Virus record (IMG/VR): IMGVR_UViG_2891407665_000020
Reading direction: 5' to 3' (one strand)
DNA length: 21,781 nucleotides
Origin: an uncultured virus (IMG/VR IMGVR_UViG_2891407665_000020)
Lineage: Duplodnaviria; Heunggongvirae; Uroviricota; Caudoviricetes
Each line of letters starts with the position of its first letter. The stretch's first letter is position 1. Below the pieces are notes generated by a model. That model saw only the letters and a program-made list of their open reading frames with translations, was not told where the DNA came from and made no database searches. Positions 7,391 through 15,941 of the stretch are shown here, in pieces. A program made the position numbers and the translations under genes.

Positions 7391-8170
7391 ATGTTAAAAG
7401 TACATGAGTACAATGGGTTATTGAAAGAGTATAAGGAAGAGGAGCTTGTTTCCGTTGTTGCAGACCTTTACCATAACCTTAATGGGGCAATCAAGATTAT
7501 GGATTGCCTTGCTAAATTCAAAAACAACGAGCTTGATGAATTCGAGGTTTTAGACGAGCTTGAAATGCTTGTACTAGGTGATGCGAAAGGTGTGTGCCAG
7601 TATGCACGCAACGCTAGTTCATCTGTCAATGCAATCAACAGGGTGTTGAGGATTACATACGGTTTTAAATGCGATGGGGTAACAGAGCCTGGTTATAGGG
7701 CAACACTTGATGCTGATATTTATAAAGTAGTTAGCGTGTTCAATGGTTTGAGCACGGAAGAGGCTGATATTATTAATGGGCTTGCATACGCCGTTGCTAG
7801 TAACGCCGCATACGTACTGAGACACGAGTTTTGCCTTGATGAGTTTATCGAATCATACCATAACGCAGGCAACAACCTTGAAGAGGCAGTCATTGATGTT
7901 GCATTCCAGCAATTCTGCAATGAAGCGGGATTGGGGGCAGTTGAGACCGCATCCAGTGTACTTGAATGCTCTTCAATCTATAAGCCAGCACTTCCAGTAT
8001 TCGACGAACATCCTGAATTAGAGGAAGAGTTTGAGAAGATCGTGGGGGCGAATTTAGCAGATGTAGATCCTGAGTCACTGACTATTGATGTCGTACTCAA
8101 AGTCCTGAATGGTACAATACAGCCATGTGAGCTGTTCGATATGTTCAATAATGCAAACGAGGAAAATTAG
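7391..8170 (+). CDS. Acidic hypothetical protein (259 aa)
   Basis: Start reassigned to ATG 7391 because of the GAGGAGGT RBS. No recognisable motif. About 47 D/E versus about 17 K/R by hand count. Confidence 0.75.
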   Translation: MLKVHEYNGLLKEYKEEELVSVVADLYHNLNGAIKIMDCLAKFKNNELDEFEVLDELEMLVLGDAKGVCQYARNASSSVNAINRVLRITYGFKCDGVTEPGYRATLDADIYKVVSVFNGLSTEEADIINGLAYAVASNAAYVLRHEFCLDEFIESYHNAGNNLEEAVIDVAFQQFCNEAGLGAVETASSVLECSSIYKPALPVFDEHPELEEEFEKIVGANLADVDPESLTIDVVLKVLNGTIQPCELFDMFNNANEEN

Positions 8171-8172
8171 AA

Positions 8173-8697
8173 ATGGCTGATACTTATGTGACTATGTTGT
8201 CAAGAATTGTTTTATCCATGGAGTCTGCTTATGGGCTCCACAATGCTAATGCCAATGGGGAGAAGATAAAAGACTTACCAATAAAAAGTGTGCTGGATTA
8301 TGTAAAGCAGAGTATCGAAAGTTCGACACAGGACGATATTAATCGTAAAAACCAGGATGTCGCTAAAGATATTATCCTTTTAAGTTATCTTGCCAGACGT
8401 ATTAAATACTATGGTTATTATAAACTGAATTATAAGAAGTATCCTGCAGTCAAGAATATTGCGAGGGTACTTCTTAATTTTACTAGTGTGAAACGGAATA
8501 CTGCGGACTGTCGGAAACAGTTGAATACGATAATAAAGATTCTGGATGAGCTAGACAAGAAGCAGGTGGCTGTGCGCGTCGGGCTTGCTTATATGTTTTT
8601 AAGGATATTTATTGTCATGGTTTTGCATGGGAATCTGTGCAACGCCTCAATTGTGGCCGATTTTATTATTAATCAATTTTCGGTGAGGAGGAATTAG
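8173..8697 (+). CDS. Hypothetical protein, predicted alpha-helical and basic
   Basis: 174-aa ORF starting 2 nt after the previous stop, with GAGGA upstream. No motif recognised. Confidence 0.7.
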   Translation: MADTYVTMLSRIVLSMESAYGLHNANANGEKIKDLPIKSVLDYVKQSIESSTQDDINRKNQDVAKDIILLSYLARRIKYYGYYKLNYKKYPAVKNIARVLLNFTSVKRNTADCRKQLNTIIKILDELDKKQVAVRVGLAYMFLRIFIVMVLHGNLCNASIVADFIINQFSVRRN

Positions 8698-8698
8698 A

Positions 8699-9007
8699 GT
8701 GGGAGTTGTTGACGTACTTGAACATTTATATGCTGATATCTGTAATAAGAGGTGGATAGACGATATTGATACTACTATAGAGGATATAGAGATTGTTGGA
8801 TGCAAGAATATGTTAAGAGCTTTTAAGCTGACACATCCGGTGCCAGCGGGATTTAAATGCAGTGCATCCCTCACTGAATGCGTAAAGCAAATACGGGAGA
8901 AAAAGGACTATTTCAGGTTATTAGAATTTTTCATGTTGCGCAACCCTGTATTGCGTGACTGCATACTGGGCATTATCCCTGAACTCGGGGGTGCATCTAA
9001 TGTATGA
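8699..9007 (+). CDS. Hypothetical protein
   Basis: GTG start with GAGGAGG RBS; tightly packed between its neighbours. Confidence 0.65.
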   Translation: MGVVDVLEHLYADICNKRWIDDIDTTIEDIEIVGCKNMLRAFKLTHPVPAGFKCSASLTECVKQIREKKDYFRLLEFFMLRNPVLRDCILGIIPELGGASNV

Positions 9008-10307
9008 TACTTTGTACAGTGGGCTAAAGAATTTAAAATCGTACGTTGCGGGTAATTTTGTTTTAGCTGCGGATAGCCTTGTTGGTCTACAGACTGTAGA
9101 TGTATTATCCGCGATATACCGGAAACGCGCAATTATTTCTTATGACACTGGGCTTGGCAAGACATACTTGGCGTCCGGGATTATTAGGATGTTGCTGAAT
9201 GAGGATTCTAGTCGGAAATTTATCATAATTGTTAAGAATAAACAGCTTGAGCAGACCCCAGTTAAGCTACAGAGATGCATTGGTGTTTCTGTCATGGCAT
9301 TGAATGCAGAGAGGACGGTCGTTAAGGAGAAAATTCTTTCGGGCGATTTCCTAAAAGCAACTGTACTGGTTATTACGCATAGCTGCCTCCAGAATAATGC
9401 AGTTATGTCAAAGTTATTAGAGAATAAACAGGAATACTGCTGCTTAATTATTGATGAAGCCCATAATTTAAGCAACACGACAGACGCAAATTCTGCTGTC
9501 ATGCTGAGAGGCATGTGCCGTGCTTTTGAATACTGTTTTGCCTTGACGGCGACACCTATTACTTCGGATGTAAAGCAATACGCTAGCTTGGCTAGTATGT
9601 TGGACAACGAAAAATACCCGGATAGCGCTAAGCTTGCAAGGAATCTTAGGTCTGGCAAGTTTCGAATTATGGACGACCCTTTGTTCTTCATCGAAAGGAA
9701 ACGTAATGATTTTGGCATCAGTTCAAAGATTAGTGGCTTTCCTTACTTTGTGGAATGTATGCCTCACCAGTTCGGTGCAAGGGGGCAAGATATGGCAGAG
9801 CTTTGTAAAGGGGACGGCGCCGTGAACCAGGCAATGGCACTAGTAAGCTTTATAGAAGAACACAAAGGATCACGTGGTCTTATCTATGTCAACAGGCATT
9901 CAATTAGGGGATGGATTATCCCTTTTCTGGAAAAAGCCGGCATTCGCTATGGATGCATTAATGGTTGTACGAAGCGTTCCGAGGACAGGGAGACCATGCA
10001 GAGGTTTAATAAGGACAGGGAACTAGATGTAGTTATAACTTCAATTACAGAAGCAATAGACTTGGACTGCGACTGGGTAATGTTTTATGAACTTACTTTG
10101 AATGTCGAGCAAATGATAGGACGCGCTTACAGGGGTCTTAACGACAAGGAGCTTGATGTGTACTTCATGCTTACGAAAGACACATACGAGTCCGATTTCT
10201 TTTATGAGAATATTTATAAGCGCAGCCAGATGGTAAAGAATATTTTAGGGAAGGAGTGTACTGCCGTACTGGAAACACAAGGCAAAATTGAACATCACTG
10301 GCAGTAG
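9000..10307 (+). CDS. SF2 (SNF2-like, DEAH) helicase/ATPase
   Basis: Motif I YDTGLGKT, motif II LIIDEAH, motif III LTATP, motif IV GLIYVN, motif VI EQMIGRAYR. ATG 9000 has GGGGGTG upstream and overlaps the previous stop. Confidence 0.9.
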   Translation: MYDTLYSGLKNLKSYVAGNFVLAADSLVGLQTVDVLSAIYRKRAIISYDTGLGKTYLASGIIRMLLNEDSSRKFIIIVKNKQLEQTPVKLQRCIGVSVMALNAERTVVKEKILSGDFLKATVLVITHSCLQNNAVMSKLLENKQEYCCLIIDEAHNLSNTTDANSAVMLRGMCRAFEYCFALTATPITSDVKQYASLASMLDNEKYPDSAKLARNLRSGKFRIMDDPLFFIERKRNDFGISSKISGFPYFVECMPHQFGARGQDMAELCKGDGAVNQAMALVSFIEEHKGSRGLIYVNRHSIRGWIIPFLEKAGIRYGCINGCTKRSEDRETMQRFNKDRELDVVITSITEAIDLDCDWVMFYELTLNVEQMIGRAYRGLNDKELDVYFMLTKDTYESDFFYENIYKRSQMVKNILGKECTAVLETQGKIEHHWQ

Positions 10308-10315
10308 GGGTTACT

Positions 10316-11929
10316 ATGCTTGATATTGATATAATTGCTGATGAGGAATTACAAGGGGTTGTCAGTGTTCTTATCAGCGGTGTGCTCCCACATAAAAACT
10401 ATCATTATGAGAATTATGCCGGAGTACTTGGGAGTATTTTAAGTTATATTAAGCTTGAGGAGTTCTCCATGGAATACCATGTGTTACTAAAAGCCCTGTA
10501 TGAAATGAACAAGATAAAGATAACTGCAGAGGGGTTTAAGCCGGAAATGACTAAGGAGATATTTAGCCAGATTGTTTCCGTGTCTGTAGAAGATTTAGTT
10601 ACTAACCCATGTATACAGATTAAAAGATACCTGGAATACGAAGGGTTGAGCAGTAACTTGAGCATACAGACCGCCCGGGAGACAGCGATGCAGAGGCTTT
10701 ACACGCGTTCCATGGACTTGTACGACAAATGCTTTGAGATGGCATTTGACAGTTCAAAAGTAGAGAATTACTTACCTGCATACAGGTCTGCTTTTATTGC
10801 GCATGTTGGTATGCAGAGTGTGCAGGCGCAAAATGCAATTATCACGGGAAACCTCAGGATAGGGAAGCGGGTTTACGCCGGGTTTGAGGACTGGCTTGAG
10901 TACTCTACAATGATGAATGGGGAAATTCATCGTAGGTTACAGGATGTTGATGACGCCAGCTCTTTGGTGACAGTCAACTCCCTCGAGATTGTAGACACGA
11001 TGTCTAGGGAATTAAGAAATTCTTTCATTCCAATAGCAAACTGGGGAATCCCAGAACTTGACGGTGATGGTTTAGAAGCCGGCACGCCAATTTTAAGACA
11101 CAGGCTTGTAGTCGTAGTTGGTTCTGTGAATATAGGCAAGTCCATGTTTTGTAAGGACGCGGCTACAACAGTCCTGCTGGATAATAAAAAGGTGCTTTAT
11201 ATGTATGGTGAGGGCGCTTCAGCTAATGTATGGGGTGACCTGCTCGTGAATTATATTTATAAAAGATTTAGTAAGTACGTGACAGTGCCTATGCTTACTA
11301 ATGAAGAAGAGCAGCCCGAGGAGATTCGGAGGATTATACGGCTTGCGAAAGCTGAGTTGTATGAGAGCGGCAACCTAAGCTTAAGGAAAGCTTATAGCTA
11401 TGACACGCTCCACCAAGAATTGGTTGATGATTATAAGCAAACCGCATTTGATATGGTTATTATTGACCATTCGCTTGCACTTGAAACCAGCGGGAAGACA
11501 AACCAGGAAAACGTACATAATCTTGCAATCACTGCCCGAAACTTTAAGCGTGAGTACCCGGTCTGTGTCTTAATTGCGTCACATCCCTCTGCAGCCGCTA
11601 AAGACTATTTGTCAAGTGGCCGCAAGATACCAAGTGATATAGCGACTACGAAAGAGAGTTCTACACTCGAGGCTGAGGCAGATGAACTGTTTGTTTTACG
11701 TGACACGGAGATTCTTGCAAAGCAGGGGCTGATTGCACTTGAGAACAAGAAGCGGCGTAACGCGCCAAGGTTAACAGAGCAGGTTATTTTAAGGAAATGC
11801 TTTGATGTATGCCATTTCGAATACAATCTGGAGGACCAAGCCACCGACCAGCGAGATGTGACCAGTGCAGAGCAAGCATTACTTGATTTAGAAAACTCGT
11901 ATGACGATGATTATGACTATACATTGTAA
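10316..11929 (+). CDS. DnaB-like (SF4) replicative helicase, divergent
   Basis: H1 VVVVGSVNIGKS, H1a VLYMYGE (catalytic Glu), H2 MVIIDH, H3 VLIASHP, H4 TKESSTLEAEADELFVL, and an Arg-finger-like KKRRN. The N-terminal ~230 aa are unrecognised and the tail is acidic. Confidence 0.8.
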   Translation: MLDIDIIADEELQGVVSVLISGVLPHKNYHYENYAGVLGSILSYIKLEEFSMEYHVLLKALYEMNKIKITAEGFKPEMTKEIFSQIVSVSVEDLVTNPCIQIKRYLEYEGLSSNLSIQTARETAMQRLYTRSMDLYDKCFEMAFDSSKVENYLPAYRSAFIAHVGMQSVQAQNAIITGNLRIGKRVYAGFEDWLEYSTMMNGEIHRRLQDVDDASSLVTVNSLEIVDTMSRELRNSFIPIANWGIPELDGDGLEAGTPILRHRLVVVVGSVNIGKSMFCKDAATTVLLDNKKVLYMYGEGASANVWGDLLVNYIYKRFSKYVTVPMLTNEEEQPEEIRRIIRLAKAELYESGNLSLRKAYSYDTLHQELVDDYKQTAFDMVIIDHSLALETSGKTNQENVHNLAITARNFKREYPVCVLIASHPSAAAKDYLSSGRKIPSDIATTKESSTLEAEADELFVLRDTEILAKQGLIALENKKRRNAPRLTEQVILRKCFDVCHFEYNLEDQATDQRDVTSAEQALLDLENSYDDDYDYTL

Positions 11930-11939
11930 GGAGGTTAAT

Positions 11940-12512
11940 ATGCGAACAGTACGTATGGTTACAGCAATACCAAAAGCTTTGGCTATGGAGTTAAGGGAGA
12001 AGAAACGCATTATAAATTTCAATACGCTTCCCCAGCTGCACCCTAAGCTAATTGACTCTATAAAGAAGTACTTTGAGGAAGTAGTAGGATACCATGATTC
12101 CCCGATAGCGTGCCTGAGCCGTGTAGGCCATAAAGATTCAACTATTAAGAGTATTGGCGCTTCTGTGTGTGATTTTATTCCGGTAAAGGCAAATGATTCT
12201 GTTGTCCTGGAATTGAATATGCCAGAGGATTGTATAGTGTCTATTGGATACGAGGACTTGCTGAATTTCTCACGCGACCTTACAGATTGTAATGGAGACC
12301 GTGTTGCGGAAAATGACACATTGGCATACTTTCTCGATTTCCTGAGTGTTGGTCTGGGGGATGGGTGCAGCGATACTATTTCTTTTGTACCCTTCATAGA
12401 AATGGAGAAATGCCAATTTTTTGCTATACTAGACAACTCATTTGGTATGGCAGACTTTAATCTGCCTGGGGTAGAGCAGGTTAGCCTGCACGAGCTTAAC
12501 ACATTCATTTAG
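11940..12512 (+). CDS. Hypothetical protein (weak DUF3841-like resemblance)
   Basis: ATG 11940 has an AAGGAGGT RBS. VVLELNMPEDCIVSIGY recalls the DUF3841 'llelevpe.evllsdf' pattern; family call unverified. Confidence 0.7.
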   Translation: MRTVRMVTAIPKALAMELREKKRIINFNTLPQLHPKLIDSIKKYFEEVVGYHDSPIACLSRVGHKDSTIKSIGASVCDFIPVKANDSVVLELNMPEDCIVSIGYEDLLNFSRDLTDCNGDRVAENDTLAYFLDFLSVGLGDGCSDTISFVPFIEMEKCQFFAILDNSFGMADFNLPGVEQVSLHELNTFI

Positions 12513-12522
12513 GGAGGGAACT

Positions 12523-14298
12523 ATGATTGACGATATGAAATGCTTTGGGGATAACAGCTTGGGTTCTGGGGTTAAAAAAGCTGATAAGGTACCTTTCGGG
12601 ATAGACCTTGGCACTACCAATTCTGCAATTAGCGTAGGATTAGGCACGGAAGGCTCTAAGATAATTACGCTGGCTAATGGCAAACATACGATGCCATCTG
12701 TAGTTGCCTGGAGGGGAGGCGATAATTTTATTGTCGGACAGGAAGCTTATGATATGGATCCTGATAACAGTGTAGTACGCTCAGTAAAAAGAATGATGCA
12801 GGATGCGGACGCTGCTGTTGTTTTTCAGTTTAACGGTGAAGAGAGAGTGATGTCACCTGCGGAGGTATCCGCAGAGATCTTGAAAGGTTTGGTTGCACAG
12901 ACTGGCGGAATCTATGGTGAGGTTAAGGATATTGTGGTCACTGTCCCAGCATACTTTAACCAGACAGGCATCGAAAATACAAAGAAGGCTTGCGAGTTGG
13001 CCGGGTTGAACTGCATTCATATTATGCGTGAGCCAACAGCCGCAGCGCTGAATTACCGTTTGGATAAGAATGAAGCAAATGTGCAATACGCACTGGTGTA
13101 CGATTTAGGCGGCGGGACTTTTGATATTTCACTCATACGTATCAGTGAGCGTAGCTCGCTCAATAAGCTGTACCGTATTTATGGTATCGAGCCGCCAGAG
13201 GACGACCATTCCAACCGTAAACTAATTGAACCGCAGGCAATAGACGGTGATGGCCATCTTGGTGGGGATGACTACGATGATGAGCTTTACAAGGAATTAA
13301 TCCGCATACTAGGGGATACGTTAAGGGACAAGTACCCCACCAAGAATTATGATCTGAGCACGATAACAAGTTTAGACAGGAAGAGGCTAACAAAAAAGGT
13401 GTGTAACGCGAAAACGGATGTGTACGCCACGCACTGTCTGAGTGTCGACGTAGTGCTGGCAGACGGCAGCCATGTGGATGAAGTGGTAAGAATGTCATAC
13501 CAGAATTTCTACAATGCCTTTCTTCCAATTTACACAAGGACTAAGAAAAAGACCAACAATGTGCTTAGGGAATGCGACTGCGATGTTGACACTATTATAC
13601 TCATGGGAGGTTCCACCAAGAACCCAATACTCGTTGATATGCTCTCACGGGATTTCCCAGGTTTCCGTATTAACAGAACCCTCGACCCTGATGAGTCTGT
13701 TGCTAAAGGGGCGGGGATACGTGCCCGAGATTTTATGTATGGTGATACAAGCGTGCAGATTTTCGATATACTCCCGCAGAGTATTGGCATCCTCAGTGGT
13801 GACACAGTGCTTCCACTAATTAGGAAAAATTCGCAGCTTCCCATGCTGGCGGAGAGTATGTTCACTACTACACAGGATAACCAGGAGCATGTCGATATAC
13901 GTATATTCCAGGGCAACTCTATGTACCCCGAGGAGTGCATAGAGCTTGGCAAAATTGTTATTGATGGCATCGAAAAAGCGCCAAAGGGTGTACCTGACCT
14001 CGCCATACAGCTGTCTGTTAATACGGATTGCCTACTTACCTGTAAAGCTGCAATTAATGGTGTTTATAAGGAAAAGAAGTTAAGCTTGAATGCTGTTAGC
14101 GACAAGGGAAACTCCACGCAAGAAGATAAATGGGTACTGCGGTGGAAGAAGGTGATTAATAGACTGCCTGAGGATGAGCAGGGAAAATTGCTTGATATGA
14201 TCAGCGGCTACCCATCAGTTTATTCTGCGAAGGATATTGGGAATGCGCTCAGGCAGTTTACGGGGCCAAAGTTGAGGACGATAGATGATTGTGGATGA
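12523..14298 (+). CDS. Hsp70 (DnaK/HscC-like) chaperone, divergent, with shortened lid
   Basis: GIDLGTTNS, VVTVPAYF, EPTAAAL, YDLGGGTFDIS, GDGHLGGDDYD, ILMGGSTKNP, DPDESVAKGA, linker VQIFDILPQSIGI and substrate-binding FTTTQDNQEHVDIRIFQG. Confidence 0.93.
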   Translation: MIDDMKCFGDNSLGSGVKKADKVPFGIDLGTTNSAISVGLGTEGSKIITLANGKHTMPSVVAWRGGDNFIVGQEAYDMDPDNSVVRSVKRMMQDADAAVVFQFNGEERVMSPAEVSAEILKGLVAQTGGIYGEVKDIVVTVPAYFNQTGIENTKKACELAGLNCIHIMREPTAAALNYRLDKNEANVQYALVYDLGGGTFDISLIRISERSSLNKLYRIYGIEPPEDDHSNRKLIEPQAIDGDGHLGGDDYDDELYKELIRILGDTLRDKYPTKNYDLSTITSLDRKRLTKKVCNAKTDVYATHCLSVDVVLADGSHVDEVVRMSYQNFYNAFLPIYTRTKKKTNNVLRECDCDVDTIILMGGSTKNPILVDMLSRDFPGFRINRTLDPDESVAKGAGIRARDFMYGDTSVQIFDILPQSIGILSGDTVLPLIRKNSQLPMLAESMFTTTQDNQEHVDIRIFQGNSMYPEECIELGKIVIDGIEKAPKGVPDLAIQLSVNTDCLLTCKAAINGVYKEKKLSLNAVSDKGNSTQEDKWVLRWKKVINRLPEDEQGKLLDMISGYPSVYSAKDIGNALRQFTGPKLRTIDDCG

Positions 14299-14908
14299 TG
14301 GAAAACTCAAGCAGGTGATTGAGTATGTGAACAGTTCACCTGATTACAGCTTTGAGAGATTTATAAAGGAACATAATTTAGAAAAGGATAGTGTTCAAAG
14401 GGCATTTGATGTTGTCATTAAATGCCCTTTTCATGTTGATTATTCACCGTCCTGCAGCATGAATGATACATTGCATGTATTCAATTGCTTCTCCTGCGGC
14501 CGAAGTGGCTCCTACGTGAAATTCCGCGCTTTGTATTCAACGGAAGTCGAGGGCATACGTTCAGATTACTACCATGAAGCGAATAAGCTTTTGCGGTCAG
14601 ATGCAGCAATGCAGGCTGCACTTGGATTTAACACAATCTTTAAAAACATGGCTATACCCTCGAATAGCAGGAAGCGTAACCGTTTTAGCGTAACAAAAGG
14701 GGAAGTAGCCCCCGCATCTTTCTTGGAATTAAGTTCATTACTTATGGCTAGCGGTGCGAACGAGGAAATGATTACACTTTTCATACTTCTTATGCAGCAA
14801 GGCTTTTCTGTCACAGATGTGTATAATGAACTTTTTGGTAAAAAGGCAGATAGATATGACAGTGGCAATGTTACGGTGTATGATCTTGAGAATTTATTTA
14901 ATGGTTAG
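14285..14908 (+). CDS. CHC2 zinc-finger protein (DnaG-type Zn-binding domain) with no TOPRIM domain
   Basis: IKCPFHVDYSPSCSMNDTLHVFNCFSCGRSG is the CHC2 signature. The protein is only 207 aa, with no TOPRIM EG...DxD motifs. Overlaps the Hsp70 end by 14 nt. Confidence 0.85.
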   Translation: MIVDDGKLKQVIEYVNSSPDYSFERFIKEHNLEKDSVQRAFDVVIKCPFHVDYSPSCSMNDTLHVFNCFSCGRSGSYVKFRALYSTEVEGIRSDYYHEANKLLRSDAAMQAALGFNTIFKNMAIPSNSRKRNRFSVTKGEVAPASFLELSSLLMASGANEEMITLFILLMQQGFSVTDVYNELFGKKADRYDSGNVTVYDLENLFNG

Positions 14909-14919
14909 GGGGTGTGACA

Positions 14920-15939
14920 ATGGCTTTACTTTCAGGGTGTATTTACGTGCGCCCTAAGGGCGTAATGCAGATTATTGAGCCATGCAGGTCCTATGATGCG
15001 AAAATTAAGTTGAATAAGAAAACTTCCTATTTAGTTGGGATAGACCAGTCAACAAGCTGCACTGGTATCTTCCTGCTGGATAAAACTGCGACATTTTGGA
15101 TACTTATTGACTTTAAGAGGGATGACCCGAACAAAGAATTATTTTTCCGGGATTTGGAGGGATTTTTAAGGGAATTGCTGGATGGGGTGCGTGTCACGCT
15201 TGTTGTGCATGAGGAACCAATACCCAGTACCATAGCGCCTACAGCACATGCAGTTCTTTCCGACTTGCGTGGGCGGCTAAGGTCATGGATTGCAAGGAAT
15301 CCTGCAATGGAGAATGCAGAGCTGCATTCGATATACCCGCAGACGTGGAAGAGCAGGGTGCTTGACAAAGCAGAACTTGCCGGGCGCGGGTTAAAACCAA
15401 AATCTGTTTTTAACTCAAAGTTTAAGATGGCTACGGAATTATGCCGGATTTACCCTTTCTTTGACAGTTACCGTTGCAGACGTTTTTCAACCGATTTCGA
15501 TGCATTCGATGCATTAGGGATTCTGATGGGATATTTGAAGTATTCACATAATGAGAAAGGGCAGCGTAAGATTTGCGGCACTATCGAAAAAAGGCATAAA
15601 ACCATTGTAGGATACGCATACGTAGACAAAAATAGCTTATCATTCCCAGGGACTGTTGACGAGAAATTAGGGATACTGCGGTATTCTCTAATCCCGGCAG
15701 TATTGTCTTTTAATGCAGAATACAGTGTTGCACAGAATATAAAGATGGCAAGCTCTAACTGGAATTTTGTTGTGACTGTTCTGCCTGATAAGTACTTACA
15801 GCCTTTAATGTGGCAGTTTGATTTTAAAGAGGACAAGGGCAAGGTTATGGTTCTGTTTATTTTTAAGAAGAGCTACCTGCGGATGTATAACTCTGTCGAA
15901 GCAATCTGTGAGCTGTTTCCAATGCACGAGGAGGTATGA
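14920..15939 (+). CDS. RuvC-like (RNase H fold) nuclease / Holliday-junction resolvase with C-terminal extension
   Basis: YLVGIDQSTSCTGIFLL (first Asp), VVHEEP (Glu), IYPQTWKSRV and DFDAFDALGI (last Asp pair) follow the phage/plasmid RuvC order. Start is ATG 14920 (or GTG 14914) after AGGGGGTG. Confidence 0.75.
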   Translation: MALLSGCIYVRPKGVMQIIEPCRSYDAKIKLNKKTSYLVGIDQSTSCTGIFLLDKTATFWILIDFKRDDPNKELFFRDLEGFLRELLDGVRVTLVVHEEPIPSTIAPTAHAVLSDLRGRLRSWIARNPAMENAELHSIYPQTWKSRVLDKAELAGRGLKPKSVFNSKFKMATELCRIYPFFDSYRCRRFSTDFDAFDALGILMGYLKYSHNEKGQRKICGTIEKRHKTIVGYAYVDKNSLSFPGTVDEKLGILRYSLIPAVLSFNAEYSVAQNIKMASSNWNFVVTVLPDKYLQPLMWQFDFKEDKGKVMVLFIFKKSYLRMYNSVEAICELFPMHEEV

Positions 15940-15941
15940 TT

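Noticed and set aside
3986..10307. NERD plus SNF2 helicase as a known anti-phage defence system
   Set aside because: The genes are separated by unrelated ORFs, there is no methylase or other diagnostic partner, and the context is replication and transfer.
12523..14298. Ordinary chromosomal dnaK heat-shock locus
   Set aside because: No hrcA, grpE or dnaJ neighbours and no CIRCE repeat upstream; the protein is divergent with a short lid. The symbol dnaK was therefore withheld.
14920..15939. RuvC protein as an RNA-guided TnpB/IscB/Cas12-type nuclease
   Set aside because: The RuvC motifs are contiguous and N-terminal, with no Zn-ribbon or HNH insertion. The flanking genes leave no room for a guide RNA, CRISPR array or transposon ends.
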